Assembly: GCA_964368625.1 (NCBI GenBank)
Contig: CAYJBH010000013.1
Coordinates: 5,372 to 69,371, forward strand
DNA: 64,000 nucleotides
Source: an uncultured Oscillospiraceae bacterium
GTDB lineage: Bacteria; Bacillota; Clostridia; Oscillospirales; Ruminococcaceae
Reading direction: 5' to 3'
The notes under the pieces are model-generated. The model saw only the letters and a program-made list of their open reading frames with translations, was not told the origin of the DNA and did no database searches. Shown here in pieces: positions 29,784 through 39,334 of the stretch. The position numbers were made by a program, and so were the translations under genes. The first letter of the stretch is position 1. Each line of letters opens with the position of its first letter.

Positions 29784-30221
29784 TTAGTAATCATTGTTGT
29801 TTTTAATTTCTTCAATAGCAAGCCTAACCTTATCGTAGGAAAAGCCACGCCTCATAAGTGAATCGGCTACTTTTTTATAATCACCTACAGCTATTCTGGA
29901 AGCATATTTTCTAAAAAGTGCTCGATCAATAATTTCGGTCTCGTTAATGTTCTCACATAAAGATTCAATTATTTCACGTTCAATTCCGGCCATCCTTAGT
30001 TTTCCTGCAATCTCTTTTTTCGATTTTCCGGCTCTTATGTAAGAATCGGTTCGCAACCTTGCGATGTTTTCTTCGTCGATATAACCGTTTTCTACAAGGT
30101 ACTCTGCGGCTGTCTGAGCCTCATCCTTACTAAAGGTTCGGCAAAGTTTAGCTGTGAGCTCTAATACGGTATGATCTCTCATGGAAAGAAACAAAAAAGC
30201 CTTTTCTACAGCCTTGTTCAT
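29784..30221 (-). CDS. recX: recombination regulator RecX
   Basis: 145 aa with a three-helical-repeat pattern (AFLFLSMRDHTVLEL..., ...LMRRGFSYD). AGGAGG RBS. Confidence 0.8.
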   Translation of the reverse strand: MNKAVEKAFLFLSMRDHTVLELTAKLCRTFSKDEAQTAAEYLVENGYIDEENIARLRTDSYIRAGKSKKEIAGKLRMAGIEREIIESLCENINETEIIDRALFRKYASRIAVGDYKKVADSLMRRGFSYDKVRLAIEEIKNNNDY

Positions 30222-30256
30222 CCTCTAAACCTCCTGTCGAACGGATGGATATAATG

Positions 30257-30285
30257 ATTGTACCACACTATAAAGTTATATGCAA
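30257..30285 (-). promoter_or_regulatory. sigmaA promoter for recX
   Basis: On the minus strand: TTGCAT, 17-nt spacer, TGgTACAAT (extended -10), 36 nt upstream of the recX ATG. Confidence 0.55.
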
Positions 30286-30312
30286 CATTCATAGCTATAA
30301 AGAACATCAATA

Positions 30313-32166
30313 CTACTGTATAACATTATACTCAGGGAGGAGTGTGGGGTAGGCCTTTGTCTCTTCATAGGCAAGAAATATTTCAGCAACAAGCTCGCCG
30401 AGTTCATAGCCATTAGCCCCGTTTTCTACTACCGCTGCAACTGCTATTTCAGGATTATCTGCAGGCCCGAAAGCTATAATAGTTGCGTCATAGTTACCAT
30501 TAGTCGACTGTGGGGTTCCTGTTTTAGTTGCAACATCGTAAGGGAGCAACGATAGATAGTCGGCAGCTTCAAATGTAGATGAAGCTGCAATCATACCGTT
30601 TTTCACTTCTTCGTAAGCATAGCTGTTGAGCAGAACCGAAGGTTGCTGTGTAAGCTCGCTCTGCTGAACCAGATGAGCCGTGGGAACCCGACCACCGGTA
30701 GCAAGAGTAGAAGCATATACTGCCATCTGCACCGGAGTAACGAGTATGTCTCCCTGCCCAATAGCTGCCTGAACTACGTCTCCAACAAACCAGTCCTCGT
30801 TATTGGCTTCACGGTTTTCCGGTGTAGAGAGCAATCCGGTAGCTTCCGGGATTTCAATTCCGGAAGGTCGTCCGAGTCCCATCAACAATGCTGTTTCAGA
30901 AAACTCGTAAATACCAAGTCTGCGACCCATCTCGTAAAAGTAAACATTGCAGCTGTGTTGCAGTGCACGGTGCAGATTAACGCTGCCGTGATAGCCGGTA
31001 CAGCCCGGAGTAAAACCAACATCGGAATAATAGCCGTAAGACCCTGTACAATATACAGTGTCATAAGGAGATACAATACCGCTATCTAACGCCTTTACTC
31101 CTACCACCGGTTTAAATGCAGATCCGGGACGATATAGTCCTGAAAAAGCTCTGTTAAACAGTGGGTTTTGTTCGTCGCTTGCGAGAACGGAGTAGTTCTC
31201 ATTATACTGGTTAAGGTTATATGTAGGCTCGGTCGCTGCCGCAAGAATCCCGCCGCTGTTAACTTCCATTACAACTACAGCTCCGGCATAAACATTTCCA
31301 AATTTTTCGTTAAGTCGGTCTATAACACTTCTAAGTGCCTCGGAAGACTTTTTTTGAAGCTCACTGTCTATGGTTAACATCAGCGTATCCCCAGGCTCAA
31401 CCGGGTCAATTATGGTTCTGGTATACTGCTGACCGCTTAGGCTACGTTCGATTACCCACTCGCCCTCGTTCCCCTTTAGTTCATCTTCAAAAGCTTTTTC
31501 TATTCCGTCGCGCCCCAGAATATCGTCTAGATCATATCCAAGCTCGCTAAGCACTTCATACTCCTCGGGATAAATTGGGCCAACGCTACCGAGGATATGG
31601 GGCATTAAGTCTCCATCAATAACTGTTCGCTCTGATTGTTCCTGTATACTCACTCCAATAAACTTAGAGCTGTTTTCTGATATACGGTGCAGCATATCTT
31701 GAGGAATATCCTCGGCAAATATATATGGAGTAATATAGCTATATTCCATCTCTTCCATTCTTTTGCGAACCCCGCAAATAGAGCGCTGAAAGCTTTCAGG
31801 ATACTCATAAAGTCCATAAAGTTCAACTAGTTCACTGTACTCTTCTTCAGTAACCTCGGAAATTAGAGGAGTGAAATACTCTTCACGACAGATTAATAAT
31901 AACTCATATATAACATTATTAAGTTCACTAGGAGGAAGAAAGGCTCGTTCCATCAATATATTAAAGGTGAGTTCATTACTAACAAGTGATATCCCGTTTC
32001 TATCCAGTATTTCGCCTCTATCAGAATCTACAACATATTGATACATTACGGCGTCCTGTGCTACCGTACGTAGCTCCTCTCCTTTAACTACGGTAAGTTG
32101 AACAGCTCTTAAAGAGAAGAAGGCAAAAATCATAACGGTAAATATTACAATAACCTTAAATTTCAC
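30313..32166 (-). CDS. mrdA: penicillin-binding protein 2 (class B transpeptidase)
   Basis: 617 aa. N-terminal TM anchor, PBP dimerisation domain and transpeptidase motifs (SAFK, KTGT). Follows mreCD. Confidence 0.85.
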   Translation of the reverse strand: MKFKVIVIFTVMIFAFFSLRAVQLTVVKGEELRTVAQDAVMYQYVVDSDRGEILDRNGISLVSNELTFNILMERAFLPPSELNNVIYELLLICREEYFTPLISEVTEEEYSELVELYGLYEYPESFQRSICGVRKRMEEMEYSYITPYIFAEDIPQDMLHRISENSSKFIGVSIQEQSERTVIDGDLMPHILGSVGPIYPEEYEVLSELGYDLDDILGRDGIEKAFEDELKGNEGEWVIERSLSGQQYTRTIIDPVEPGDTLMLTIDSELQKKSSEALRSVIDRLNEKFGNVYAGAVVVMEVNSGGILAAATEPTYNLNQYNENYSVLASDEQNPLFNRAFSGLYRPGSAFKPVVGVKALDSGIVSPYDTVYCTGSYGYYSDVGFTPGCTGYHGSVNLHRALQHSCNVYFYEMGRRLGIYEFSETALLMGLGRPSGIEIPEATGLLSTPENREANNEDWFVGDVVQAAIGQGDILVTPVQMAVYASTLATGGRVPTAHLVQQSELTQQPSVLLNSYAYEEVKNGMIAASSTFEAADYLSLLPYDVATKTGTPQSTNGNYDATIIAFGPADNPEIAVAAVVENGANGYELGELVAEIFLAYEETKAYPTLLPEYNVIQ

Positions 32167-32695
32167 CGATATCCTCCTTCCGGCTTTGAAGGTGTTTAAC
32201 TAGACTAAACATGGCAAACACTACAGGAGAAAATAATCCGGTAAAAAGAATAGTAGGCAGGGTGAGGTTAGAAAAAGTTTCGGTTACCGTTTCATAACCG
32301 GGCATATAGCTAAAGAAAACTAGCTCTATAAGGCATAACAGTGATGTGGTAATTGTAACCTCCATCATAAAACTTCCAATAGTTACAGGAATTATAAGAT
32401 GACGATGATGAATAATAACAGCTACAACAAATAGAAAAAAACCGAAATAGCCGATCGAACGTCCTATAAATATATCCCAACCAAGTCCACAGATGATTCC
32501 GAATATCGAAGAAAGTGCGGCTGAGCGATAAAGAGAAGCGTATGCTATTATGGCAGGTAATATAAGGATAGGTTTTACTCCACCTAGAACAAAAAGTCCC
32601 GGAACTTGTTGAATGATAAGACATAGTAGCAAAATAAGGGATGCTATGATAATAGATACCCCTTTTCTTAACCATGCTAAACCGTTTAACTTCAT
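32156..32695 (-). CDS. mreD: rod shape-determining protein MreD
   Basis: 179 aa, polytopic membrane protein located between mreC and the PBP2 gene. Confidence 0.7.
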   Translation of the reverse strand: MKLNGLAWLRKGVSIIIASLILLLCLIIQQVPGLFVLGGVKPILILPAIIAYASLYRSAALSSIFGIICGLGWDIFIGRSIGYFGFFLFVVAVIIHHRHLIIPVTIGSFMMEVTITTSLLCLIELVFFSYMPGYETVTETFSNLTLPTILFTGLFSPVVFAMFSLVKHLQSRKEDIGEI

Positions 32696-32705
32696 AAAAC
32701 ACGCC

Positions 32706-33524
32706 CTAAATTATTACAAAAACCGACGAAACTCTACTTATATCCTCGGCCGTATTTACCACTGCTGTCATACTTTTTCCTCCAGCAGAAAGTTCTACCG
32801 ACTCCACAGCTCCAATAATAAGTCCGGCTGGAAGAATACCGCCCTCGCCCGATGTTATTACTAACTCGGATTGTTGTAACTCGGTATTTTTGGAGAGCAA
32901 TGTTAGTGTAGTGGTTTCCTCCACCTTTGATTCAGCACCGGTAACTATACCCGTTTCACGGCTGCTGCTAAGAATTGCAGATACTTTTAGCGATGGACTA
33001 AGTAATGTTCTTACAACAGAATAGCCTACGCCTGTTTCAATAACCACCCCGCACAAGCCGGCGGCCGATACAACAGCATTGCCAACCATAACGTTAGATT
33101 CGGTTCCTGCATTTATTGTAAACAATTCAAACCCTGCCATGGGGTCTCGACCAACCACCGTAGCCGGAAGATAGTTTTCGCTTGGCTGTTGTAGCTGAAG
33201 TGATTCTAATTCCTGTTCGCTTTCATAACTTGCAATAAAACTTTCATATTCAGTAATCTGTTTTTGGAGTGCAGAAATCTCTACCTTAAGTTCTGTGTTT
33301 TCCTTTGCAAGTTCCTCCGACCTAAATAAATTATCTATATACTGTAATGCATCTCCACCTGCTGCCTCGGCAAGCCGAAGTGCAGGAGTCATTATTGATA
33401 CAAAAACTCGTTGCGGTGCCGAGGCAGGATTTTCAATACTGCCGGCATATCCGATTAGCGCCGGCAGTAGTATAATCGCTGCAATCAACGCCGCAAACTT
33501 TCTACTTTTAATAAAGTTTTTCAT
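32706..33524 (-). CDS. mreC: rod shape-determining protein MreC
   Basis: 272 aa. N-terminal anchor, coiled coil (ELKVEISALQKQITEYE) and beta-rich C-terminal domain (VVSAAGLCGVV..., VITSGEGGILPAGLIIG). Confidence 0.8.
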   Translation of the reverse strand: MKNFIKSRKFAALIAAIILLPALIGYAGSIENPASAPQRVFVSIMTPALRLAEAAGGDALQYIDNLFRSEELAKENTELKVEISALQKQITEYESFIASYESEQELESLQLQQPSENYLPATVVGRDPMAGFELFTINAGTESNVMVGNAVVSAAGLCGVVIETGVGYSVVRTLLSPSLKVSAILSSSRETGIVTGAESKVEETTTLTLLSKNTELQQSELVITSGEGGILPAGLIIGAVESVELSAGGKSMTAVVNTAEDISRVSSVFVII

Positions 33525-33745
33525 TAGAGTAATCCGTCGAGGAAAGAAAAGGTTCCGGTTTCTATCTCTGCGAGGGTGTACTCAACTCCATTCAATGCCA
33601 GTAGATTTAATTCCTGTTCGAGATAGCCACTATTGAGCACAGCAAGTACTGCAGCAAAAAATGCCGCGGCAACTACAAAGCCAACTACTATTAGTATTTT
33701 CTTTAAAACAGCCAGAATCTTGCTGCTAGTTTTGGGTGTCTCCAC
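33524..33745 (-). CDS. small single-pass membrane protein, unknown function
   Basis: 73 aa with the TM helix ILIVVGFVVAAAFFAAVLAVL. Overlaps the trmD end by 20 nt, and its stop overlaps the mreC ATG (TAATG). Confidence 0.45.
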   Translation of the reverse strand: METPKTSSKILAVLKKILIVVGFVVAAAFFAAVLAVLNSGYLEQELNLLALNGVEYTLAEIETGTFSFLDGLL

Positions 33746-34382
33746 TATGCTCCTCCCTCCACATCTCTATCAATTTGTGGTTACCGCACCTTAAAACCTC
33801 AGGAACCTCCACTCCGCGCCAAACCGCCGGACGGGTATACTGTGGATGTTCAAGATAGCCGGGACGATAATGACTTTCGTTAATATATCCTTCAGATAAA
33901 GAAAGAACGCCATCCTGAAGCCTAATGATGCTATCGGCAATGCAGACTGCTGCTGCTTCACCTCCGGTTAAAACAAAATCGCCAAGTGATATCTCTTCAT
34001 CGGCAAATGCATCGATAACCCTTCTGTCAATGCCCTCATATCTTCCACATATCAACATTATGTGTGGAAGTATTGCAAGCTTTTTTGCCGCTTCTTGATT
34101 ATATCTATTACCCTGTGCAGTCATAAAAATACGATAAGGTTTTCCAACCTCTGCCTCTATAGCCTCGCAGCAACGGGCGATAGGCTCAGGTGTCATTATC
34201 ATGCCATGTCCGCCCCCAAAGGGCTCGTCGTCCGTCTTGCGGTGTATGTTATCGCTATAATCTCTTATATTATGATAAAATATCTCAACCTTGCCTGCTT
34301 GCTGAGCTCTGCCGGTTATGCTTTCGGCCAAAAAATTGCTGCATATTTCTGGGAAAATTGTTGCAATGTCGATACGAATCAT
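33726..34382 (-). CDS. trmD: tRNA (guanine37-N1)-methyltransferase
   Basis: 218 aa with MIRIDIATIFPE, DDEPFGGGHGMIM and CGRYEGIDRRV motifs. Confidence 0.9.
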   Translation of the reverse strand: MIRIDIATIFPEICSNFLAESITGRAQQAGKVEIFYHNIRDYSDNIHRKTDDEPFGGGHGMIMTPEPIARCCEAIEAEVGKPYRIFMTAQGNRYNQEAAKKLAILPHIMLICGRYEGIDRRVIDAFADEEISLGDFVLTGGEAAAVCIADSIIRLQDGVLSLSEGYINESHYRPGYLEHPQYTRPAVWRGVEVPEVLRCGNHKLIEMWREEHSGDTQN

Positions 34383-34885
34383 ACGTCGTCCTCGTCAAAC
34401 ATACCGGGTATGGTTCTAATATATATCCTTTTTTCATCGAAGTCACGTCGATCAATAAAAGGTTTTGCCGCAGGGAAAAGGTAAGTTTTTCCATCTTTTT
34501 CTATATGATAAACATCGGCTGAACCATGGTTATCAACCTTGGTAAGACATCCGTAAATCGTTCCGTTGTCGGCATCTAATACCTCGAAACCGAGGATATC
34601 TGCGATAAAGAATTGACCTTTTTTAAGTTTGGCATCGGATCGTTCAAAAAAAAGGGAACAACCGATAAGCCGCTCAGCGGCCTCACGGCTGTTCACCCCA
34701 TTTAGTGTAAGTATTGCCACGTTTTTATGTACGCGACAACTCGACACCGAGTACTCATTATTCTCGGTGTAAAGTTTTTTAAACTGCCGTGCAAAGTCCG
34801 GTGAGTCGGCAATAACATGAAGCCTTACCTCTCCCGATATACCGTGTGCCGACGTAATATCGCCTAAATAAATTCGGTTAGTCAA
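34379..34885 (-). CDS. rimM: ribosome maturation factor RimM
   Basis: 168 aa with LGDITSAHGISGEVR N-terminal beta-barrel and a PRC barrel. Sits in rpsP-KH-rimM-trmD synteny. Confidence 0.85.
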   Translation of the reverse strand: MTNRIYLGDITSAHGISGEVRLHVIADSPDFARQFKKLYTENNEYSVSSCRVHKNVAILTLNGVNSREAAERLIGCSLFFERSDAKLKKGQFFIADILGFEVLDADNGTIYGCLTKVDNHGSADVYHIEKDGKTYLFPAAKPFIDRRDFDEKRIYIRTIPGMFDEDDV

Positions 34886-35108
34886 TCTCTACAATCACCT
34901 TTTCGCCACCTCGAACGGCCGACGCCCGCATAACGGTACGAATAGCCTTTGCGATTCTGCCCTGTTTACCAATTACCCGTCCCATGTCCTCCGGAGCAAC
35001 CGACAAACCGAAAACAATGGCGCCATCTTCGTCACGACGTTCGGTGACAGAAACGGCTTCTTTGTTTTCAACAAGTCCCTGGGCAATTATTATCAGTAGT
35101 TCCTTCAA
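34878..35108 (-). CDS. KH domain-containing RNA-binding protein (YlqC-like)
   Basis: 76 aa with the GRVIGKQGRIAKAIRTV KH motif. Confidence 0.8.
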   Translation of the reverse strand: MKELLIIIAQGLVENKEAVSVTERRDEDGAIVFGLSVAPEDMGRVIGKQGRIAKAIRTVMRASAVRGGEKVIVEID

Positions 35109-35118
35109 AGAATCACCT

Positions 35119-35364
35119 CTAACCTAAAATGTTGTGGCGCTTCAAAAGTGCGCGCACGGTATCGGTAGGTTGAGCACCGTTTGATAGCCAACTACGAACT
35201 TTATCAGCATCGATTTTTACCTCAGCCGGCTCTTTAGTTGGATCATAGAAGCCTATTTCCTCAATAAAACGACCATCACGCGGGAAGCGAGAATCGGCTA
35301 CTACTACACGATAAAAAGGTGCTTTCTTTGCGCCCATGCGGCGCAGACGGATTTTTACTGCCAT
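35119..35364 (-). CDS. rpsP: 30S ribosomal protein S16
   Basis: [26 protein letters not shown]. Start is set at the internal ATG (35364) rather than the track start at 35382. Confidence 0.9.
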   Translation of the reverse strand: MAVKIRLRRMGAKKAPFYRVVVADSRFPRDGRFIEEIGFYDPTKEPAEVKIDADKVRSWLSNGAQPTDTVRALLKRHNILG

Positions 35365-35478
35365 TGATTTAATTCCTTTCAAATATACGATTAAAGTGTA
35401 TGTATCTAAATAACCGAAGTAGATGATAATAATCTTGTTTCTTCAGTAATTTTGATCCTAATTATTGCTGTACAATTA

Positions 35479-36804
35479 TCAGCTAAACATTCCCATCTGT
35501 CTTGCCATGTTTTTCATGGCTTTTGGATTTTTGGTAAAGCGCTTCATCATCTTTTCCATTTCAAAATACTGCTTTAACAAACGGTTAACCTGTGGCACAT
35601 CAGTGCCGCTTCCAGCTGCAATTCTGCGTTTGCGTTTCGGGTCGATAATGGAAGGCTTTTGACGCTCCTTCTTAGTCATGGATCTTATTATTGCCTCAAT
35701 ATATTTAAGCTGATCCTCATCAACATCGTCAGGATTAATCTTATTTGCTCCGGGGATCATAGAAATTATCGAGCCAAGGCCACCCATTTTTTTCAGATTT
35801 TGAAGTTGATCTAACATATCATTAAGATCAAAGTTGCCTTTTGAAATATTATCTACCGAGGCATTTCCCTCAATTTCAAGTGATTGTGCTTTTTCGATGA
35901 GTGACATAACGTCACCCATTCCAAGTATACGGCTAGACATTCTCTCTGGATAAAACGGTTCAAGATCATCTATTTTTTCGCCCATACCTACAAATTTAAT
36001 TGGTTTTCCTGTTGTTGCCTTTACCGAAAGCGCTGCACCACCTCGTGCATCACCGTCTAGCTTTGCAAGAATAACCCCATCCAGTCCTACCTTGTCGAGA
36101 AACTCTTTTGCCACCGATACCGATTGTTGTCCTAACATGGAATCAACTACCAATAAGGTTTCGTCTACCTTTACAGCCTCCTTGATGTTGGAAAGTTCCT
36201 GCATAAGTTCGCCATCTATCTGTAAACGGCCGGCGGTATCTAGAATAATTATGTCGTTTCCATAATCTTTGCTATATCGATAACCCGCCTTTGCAACCTC
36301 AACAGGGTTAGTTTGGCCCATTTCAAAAACAGTAGCTCCGGCAGCCTCACCAACAGTTTTAAGCTGATCTATAGCAGCAGGACGATAGATGTCACATGCT
36401 ACAAGTAAGGGGCGATGGCCCTGTTTAATAAAATATTTTGCAAGCTTTGCTGCATGAGTGGTTTTACCGGTACCCTGTAAACCACAAAGCATTAACACCG
36501 TAGGTGGCTTAGAATTAATGTGTATTCTAGATACATCGCTACCCATCAGCGAGGTTAGCTCATCACTAACAATTTTTATAACCTGTTGTGCCGGGGTAAG
36601 ACTGCTCATAACTTCGGCGCCTATAGCACGCTGTGTTACATCGCTGATAAAGTTTTTTGCAACCGGCAAGCTAACGTCGGCATCCAGTAAGGCAAGCCGA
36701 ACCTCTCTCATTGCAACCTTTATATCATTTTCCGACAGCTTACCTCTACCCTTTAATCGCTTAAAGGTGTCGGCCAGACGCTGTGTTAACCCTTCAAATG
36801 CCAA
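35479..36804 (-). CDS. ffh: signal recognition particle protein Ffh
   Basis: 441 aa with an N/G domain (GLQGTGKTT, DTAGR) and a Met-rich M domain. Confidence 0.95.
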   Translation of the reverse strand: MAFEGLTQRLADTFKRLKGRGKLSENDIKVAMREVRLALLDADVSLPVAKNFISDVTQRAIGAEVMSSLTPAQQVIKIVSDELTSLMGSDVSRIHINSKPPTVLMLCGLQGTGKTTHAAKLAKYFIKQGHRPLLVACDIYRPAAIDQLKTVGEAAGATVFEMGQTNPVEVAKAGYRYSKDYGNDIIILDTAGRLQIDGELMQELSNIKEAVKVDETLLVVDSMLGQQSVSVAKEFLDKVGLDGVILAKLDGDARGGAALSVKATTGKPIKFVGMGEKIDDLEPFYPERMSSRILGMGDVMSLIEKAQSLEIEGNASVDNISKGNFDLNDMLDQLQNLKKMGGLGSIISMIPGANKINPDDVDEDQLKYIEAIIRSMTKKERQKPSIIDPKRKRRIAAGSGTDVPQVNRLLKQYFEMEKMMKRFTKNPKAMKNMARQMGMFS

Positions 36805-36821
36805 TTTATACCTCAGTTAGT

Positions 36822-37187
36822 CTACTCGTAAAGTGTTTCGGATATCTGCACAATCTCCTGTGCATTACGGCGTATCTCCGCCGACATTGTGTAGTTTTTC
36901 TCGTTATAAAAATTAATGTCCTTTGCAAGCCTTGTTATTTCGGAAAGGCTTTTTTGTATCTCGGTATATTTTGAAGCAAAGCCCACCTTGCTTTCTAACT
37001 CTAAAAGATAGTTTTCACCGCGCTTTATGGAATCTCTTACACCCTGGCGTGTAATACCAAACCCCTGTGCAATTTCTGCAAGTGAAAGATCATCATTATA
37101 ATATTGCTCCATAACATCTCTTTGTTTTTCGGTTAACATATCACCGTAAAAATCCAAAAGAACCGACATGTTAAGATTTTTAGCCAC
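36822..37187 (-). CDS. ylxM: YlxM/UPF0122 putative DNA-binding protein
   Basis: 121 aa with LTEKQRDVMEQYYNDDLSLAEIA (sigma-70 region-4-like HTH). Upstream of ffh, as is usual in Firmicutes. Confidence 0.8.
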   Translation of the reverse strand: MAKNLNMSVLLDFYGDMLTEKQRDVMEQYYNDDLSLAEIAQGFGITRQGVRDSIKRGENYLLELESKVGFASKYTEIQKSLSEITRLAKDINFYNEKNYTMSAEIRRNAQEIVQISETLYE

Positions 37188-37231
37188 AAAAACCTCCCGC
37201 TTACGACAACTGTAAAGGCGTTTACTTTCAC

Positions 37232-37260
37232 ATTATATACCGAAAGATAAAATTTGTCAA
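37232..37260 (-). promoter_or_regulatory. consensus sigmaA promoter of the ylxM-ffh operon
   Basis: On the minus strand: TTGACA, 17-nt spacer, TATAAT, 45 nt upstream of the ylxM ATG. Confidence 0.7.
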
Positions 37261-37301
37261 GTACCGATGTTATATTTAATATTAATTTATTAGCAATATT
37301 A

Positions 37302-37330
37302 TTTACTGCACCTTTATTCTATGATATAAT
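37302..37330 (+). promoter_or_regulatory. sigmaA promoter (extended -10) for the 160-aa hypothetical gene
   Basis: TTTACT, 17-nt spacer, TGaTATAAT (37322-37330), 40 nt upstream of the ATG at 37370. Confidence 0.55.
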
Positions 37331-37369
37331 AATGATACAACAGGTTGTGAATTTTTTAGTAGGTGATTT

Positions 37370-37852
37370 ATGATTAACCGTATAAACAACTTAAATGAAA
37401 ACAACTATAAAACAACAACAACAGCGAAATCTACCAATCGGCAACATGTAGCCGGTAAAAATAGAGCCGATAGGGTGGGTATATTGGCGCAAGCTAAGGA
37501 AACGACAACATCACAAACGATGCTTATCGAAATGATGAATAGTTCGCTTGCTGCTATGCAGGCAGATATTAAGCGGATAGAATCCGAGGCAGAGTACAAT
37601 AAAATTTTGGTTGAATGTATGAAGATAGCGGCAAAGATAACTGATGGCACAGCATCTATGGAGGAGATTCGATTTCTCCAAAAGCATGGCGTAGAAATGT
37701 ATGCAATGGCAATGTCTTTACGTAAACCTAAAGGCGATGAAGATGACAATAAAGAGAACGAGACCACCACAGATATTAAAAAGTTAGGAGAAAATTCACC
37801 GAATACAGATAATATGATGGTAGCTTTTTCGAGCTTATCGGCAGAAGAGTAA
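37370..37852 (+). CDS. hypothetical protein
   Basis: 160-aa ORF with its own promoter and a TAGGTGA RBS. Polar, helical, with no recognisable motif. Confidence 0.5.
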   Translation: MINRINNLNENNYKTTTTAKSTNRQHVAGKNRADRVGILAQAKETTTSQTMLIEMMNSSLAAMQADIKRIESEAEYNKILVECMKIAAKITDGTASMEEIRFLQKHGVEMYAMAMSLRKPKGDEDDNKENETTTDIKKLGENSPNTDNMMVAFSSLSAEE

Positions 37853-37974
37853 AAACATTATAATGAAATATAGTTTAGTTTTTGGTAAAGGTAACTTGTA
37901 GTATTATTCAAGGTATCTTTACTTTTTTGTTAATTATAGATTACCATTATTATGTATAGAAAATTAACTTTTAC

Positions 37975-38003
37975 TTGACAAAAAGCTAATAATAAAATAT
38001 TAT
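37975..38003 (+). promoter_or_regulatory. sigmaA promoter for metY-recA
   Basis: TTGACA, 17-nt spacer, TATTAT. The leader is only about 45 nt, leaving no room for a riboswitch. Confidence 0.6.
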
Positions 38004-38051
38004 TAAAGGGAGTATTCAATTTTAATAATTTAAAGAAAGGAACGTAAAGGT

Positions 38052-39314
38052 ATGAAAAAAGCTACCTCATGTTTACACGCAGGTTATTCACCGAAAAACG
38101 GTGAACCCGGCGTACCACCAATTGTCCAAAGCACAACCTACAGATTCGATTCCACCGGTGAAATAGCAGGCCTTTTTGACATGCCTACGGCTCACCTATA
38201 TTCTCGTTTTTCAAACCCGACAACCGACTGTGTTGAAAAAAAGATAGCTGAACTTGAAGGTGGGGCTGCCGCAATGTGTACCTCCTCCGGCCAGGCAGCA
38301 ACAATGTTTGCTGTATTAAATATCTGTTCAGCCGGAGATAGTATTTTATGCTCTACAGCCATATATGGTGGCAGTTTAAACCTGTTATCAGTAACATTAA
38401 AACGTTATGGGATAGACTGCATATTCTTCGATCAAGCTAAAAGCGAGCAAGAAATTTCTGCATTAGTTAAGGCAAATACAAAATGTGTTTTTGCCGAAAC
38501 ACTTTCTAACCCCACCCTTAAGGTTCTTGATATAGAAAAGATTGCATCGGTGGCACATTCTAATAATATACCGTTAATAGTCGATAACACCTTCCCAACA
38601 CCTATACTTTGTCGCCCCATCGAGCATGGAGCAGATATCGTTATCCACTCCACCAGCAAATATATGGATGGACATGCGGTGCAGGTAGGCGGAGTTATAG
38701 TTGATAGTGGTAAGTTTAACTGGGATAACGGTAAGTTTCCTGATTTTTGCACTCCGGACGAGAGCTACCATGGTGTGGTATACACCCGTGATTTTGGGGC
38801 TGTAGCTTATATAGTAAAGGCGCGTATGCAGCTCATGAGAGACTTTGGAGCCTACCCGTCGTCTCATTCATCCTTCCTGCTAAATATGGGTTTGGAGACG
38901 TTGGATGTTAGGATGGAACGTTACTGCCAAAACACCGTTAAAGTTGCAAACTACCTGTCTGATAACGATAAGATCAACTCGGTGAGCTATCCTGCATTAG
39001 AGGGAGATTCGCAGAACGAGTTGGCAAAAAAATATCTAAAGAATGGTTGTAGCGGAGTTATTTCGGTAGATATTAAGGGCGGAAGAGAAAAGGTAGAGCT
39101 ATTCTGCGATTCGTTAAAGCTTGTTAGCCGTGAGGTGCATGTTGCCGATATAAGGAGCTGTATACTTCACCCTGCAAGCAGCACCCATCGCCAGCTAACC
39201 GAAGAACAACTTAAGGCTAGTGGAGTTTATGTTGGCATTGTAAGGTTATCTATAGGGCTTGAGGATGTTGATGATATCATAGAGGATATAGAACAGGCGT
39301 TAGGAAAAATATAA
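38052..39314 (+). CDS. metY: O-acetylhomoserine aminocarboxypropyltransferase/cysteine synthase (PLP-dependent, Cys/Met metabolism family)
   Basis: 420 aa with YSRFSNPT and HSTSKYMDGH (PLP lysine) motifs. Confidence 0.85.
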   Translation: MKKATSCLHAGYSPKNGEPGVPPIVQSTTYRFDSTGEIAGLFDMPTAHLYSRFSNPTTDCVEKKIAELEGGAAAMCTSSGQAATMFAVLNICSAGDSILCSTAIYGGSLNLLSVTLKRYGIDCIFFDQAKSEQEISALVKANTKCVFAETLSNPTLKVLDIEKIASVAHSNNIPLIVDNTFPTPILCRPIEHGADIVIHSTSKYMDGHAVQVGGVIVDSGKFNWDNGKFPDFCTPDESYHGVVYTRDFGAVAYIVKARMQLMRDFGAYPSSHSSFLLNMGLETLDVRMERYCQNTVKVANYLSDNDKINSVSYPALEGDSQNELAKKYLKNGCSGVISVDIKGGREKVELFCDSLKLVSREVHVADIRSCILHPASSTHRQLTEEQLKASGVYVGIVRLSIGLEDVDDIIEDIEQALGKI

Positions 39315-39334
39315 TATAGGAGAGGGCGAATACT

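Noticed and set aside
29768-29848. 27-codon N-terminal extension of rimO in the ORF track.
   Set aside because: The extension overlaps recX by 65 nt and lacks homology. The internal ATG at 29767 gives the canonical MKIALIPLGCSKN start with an RBS.
32310-32702. 130-aa alternative-frame ORF overlapping mreD on the same strand.
   Set aside because: It is entirely inside mreD in another frame. The mreD frame gives a coherent polytopic membrane protein in conserved mreC-mreD-PBP2 synteny.
34062-34522. Several 70-140-aa ORFs antisense or out of frame across trmD/rimM.
   Set aside because: They are nested within two highly conserved genes, with no RBS and no motifs.
37853-38051. SAM riboswitch or T-box leader upstream of metY; likewise a T-box upstream of cysS (27836-27853).
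   Set aside because: The promoter-to-ATG distance at metY is only about 45 nt with no conserved riboswitch helices. cysS starts 18 nt after pgsA, leaving no room for a leader.
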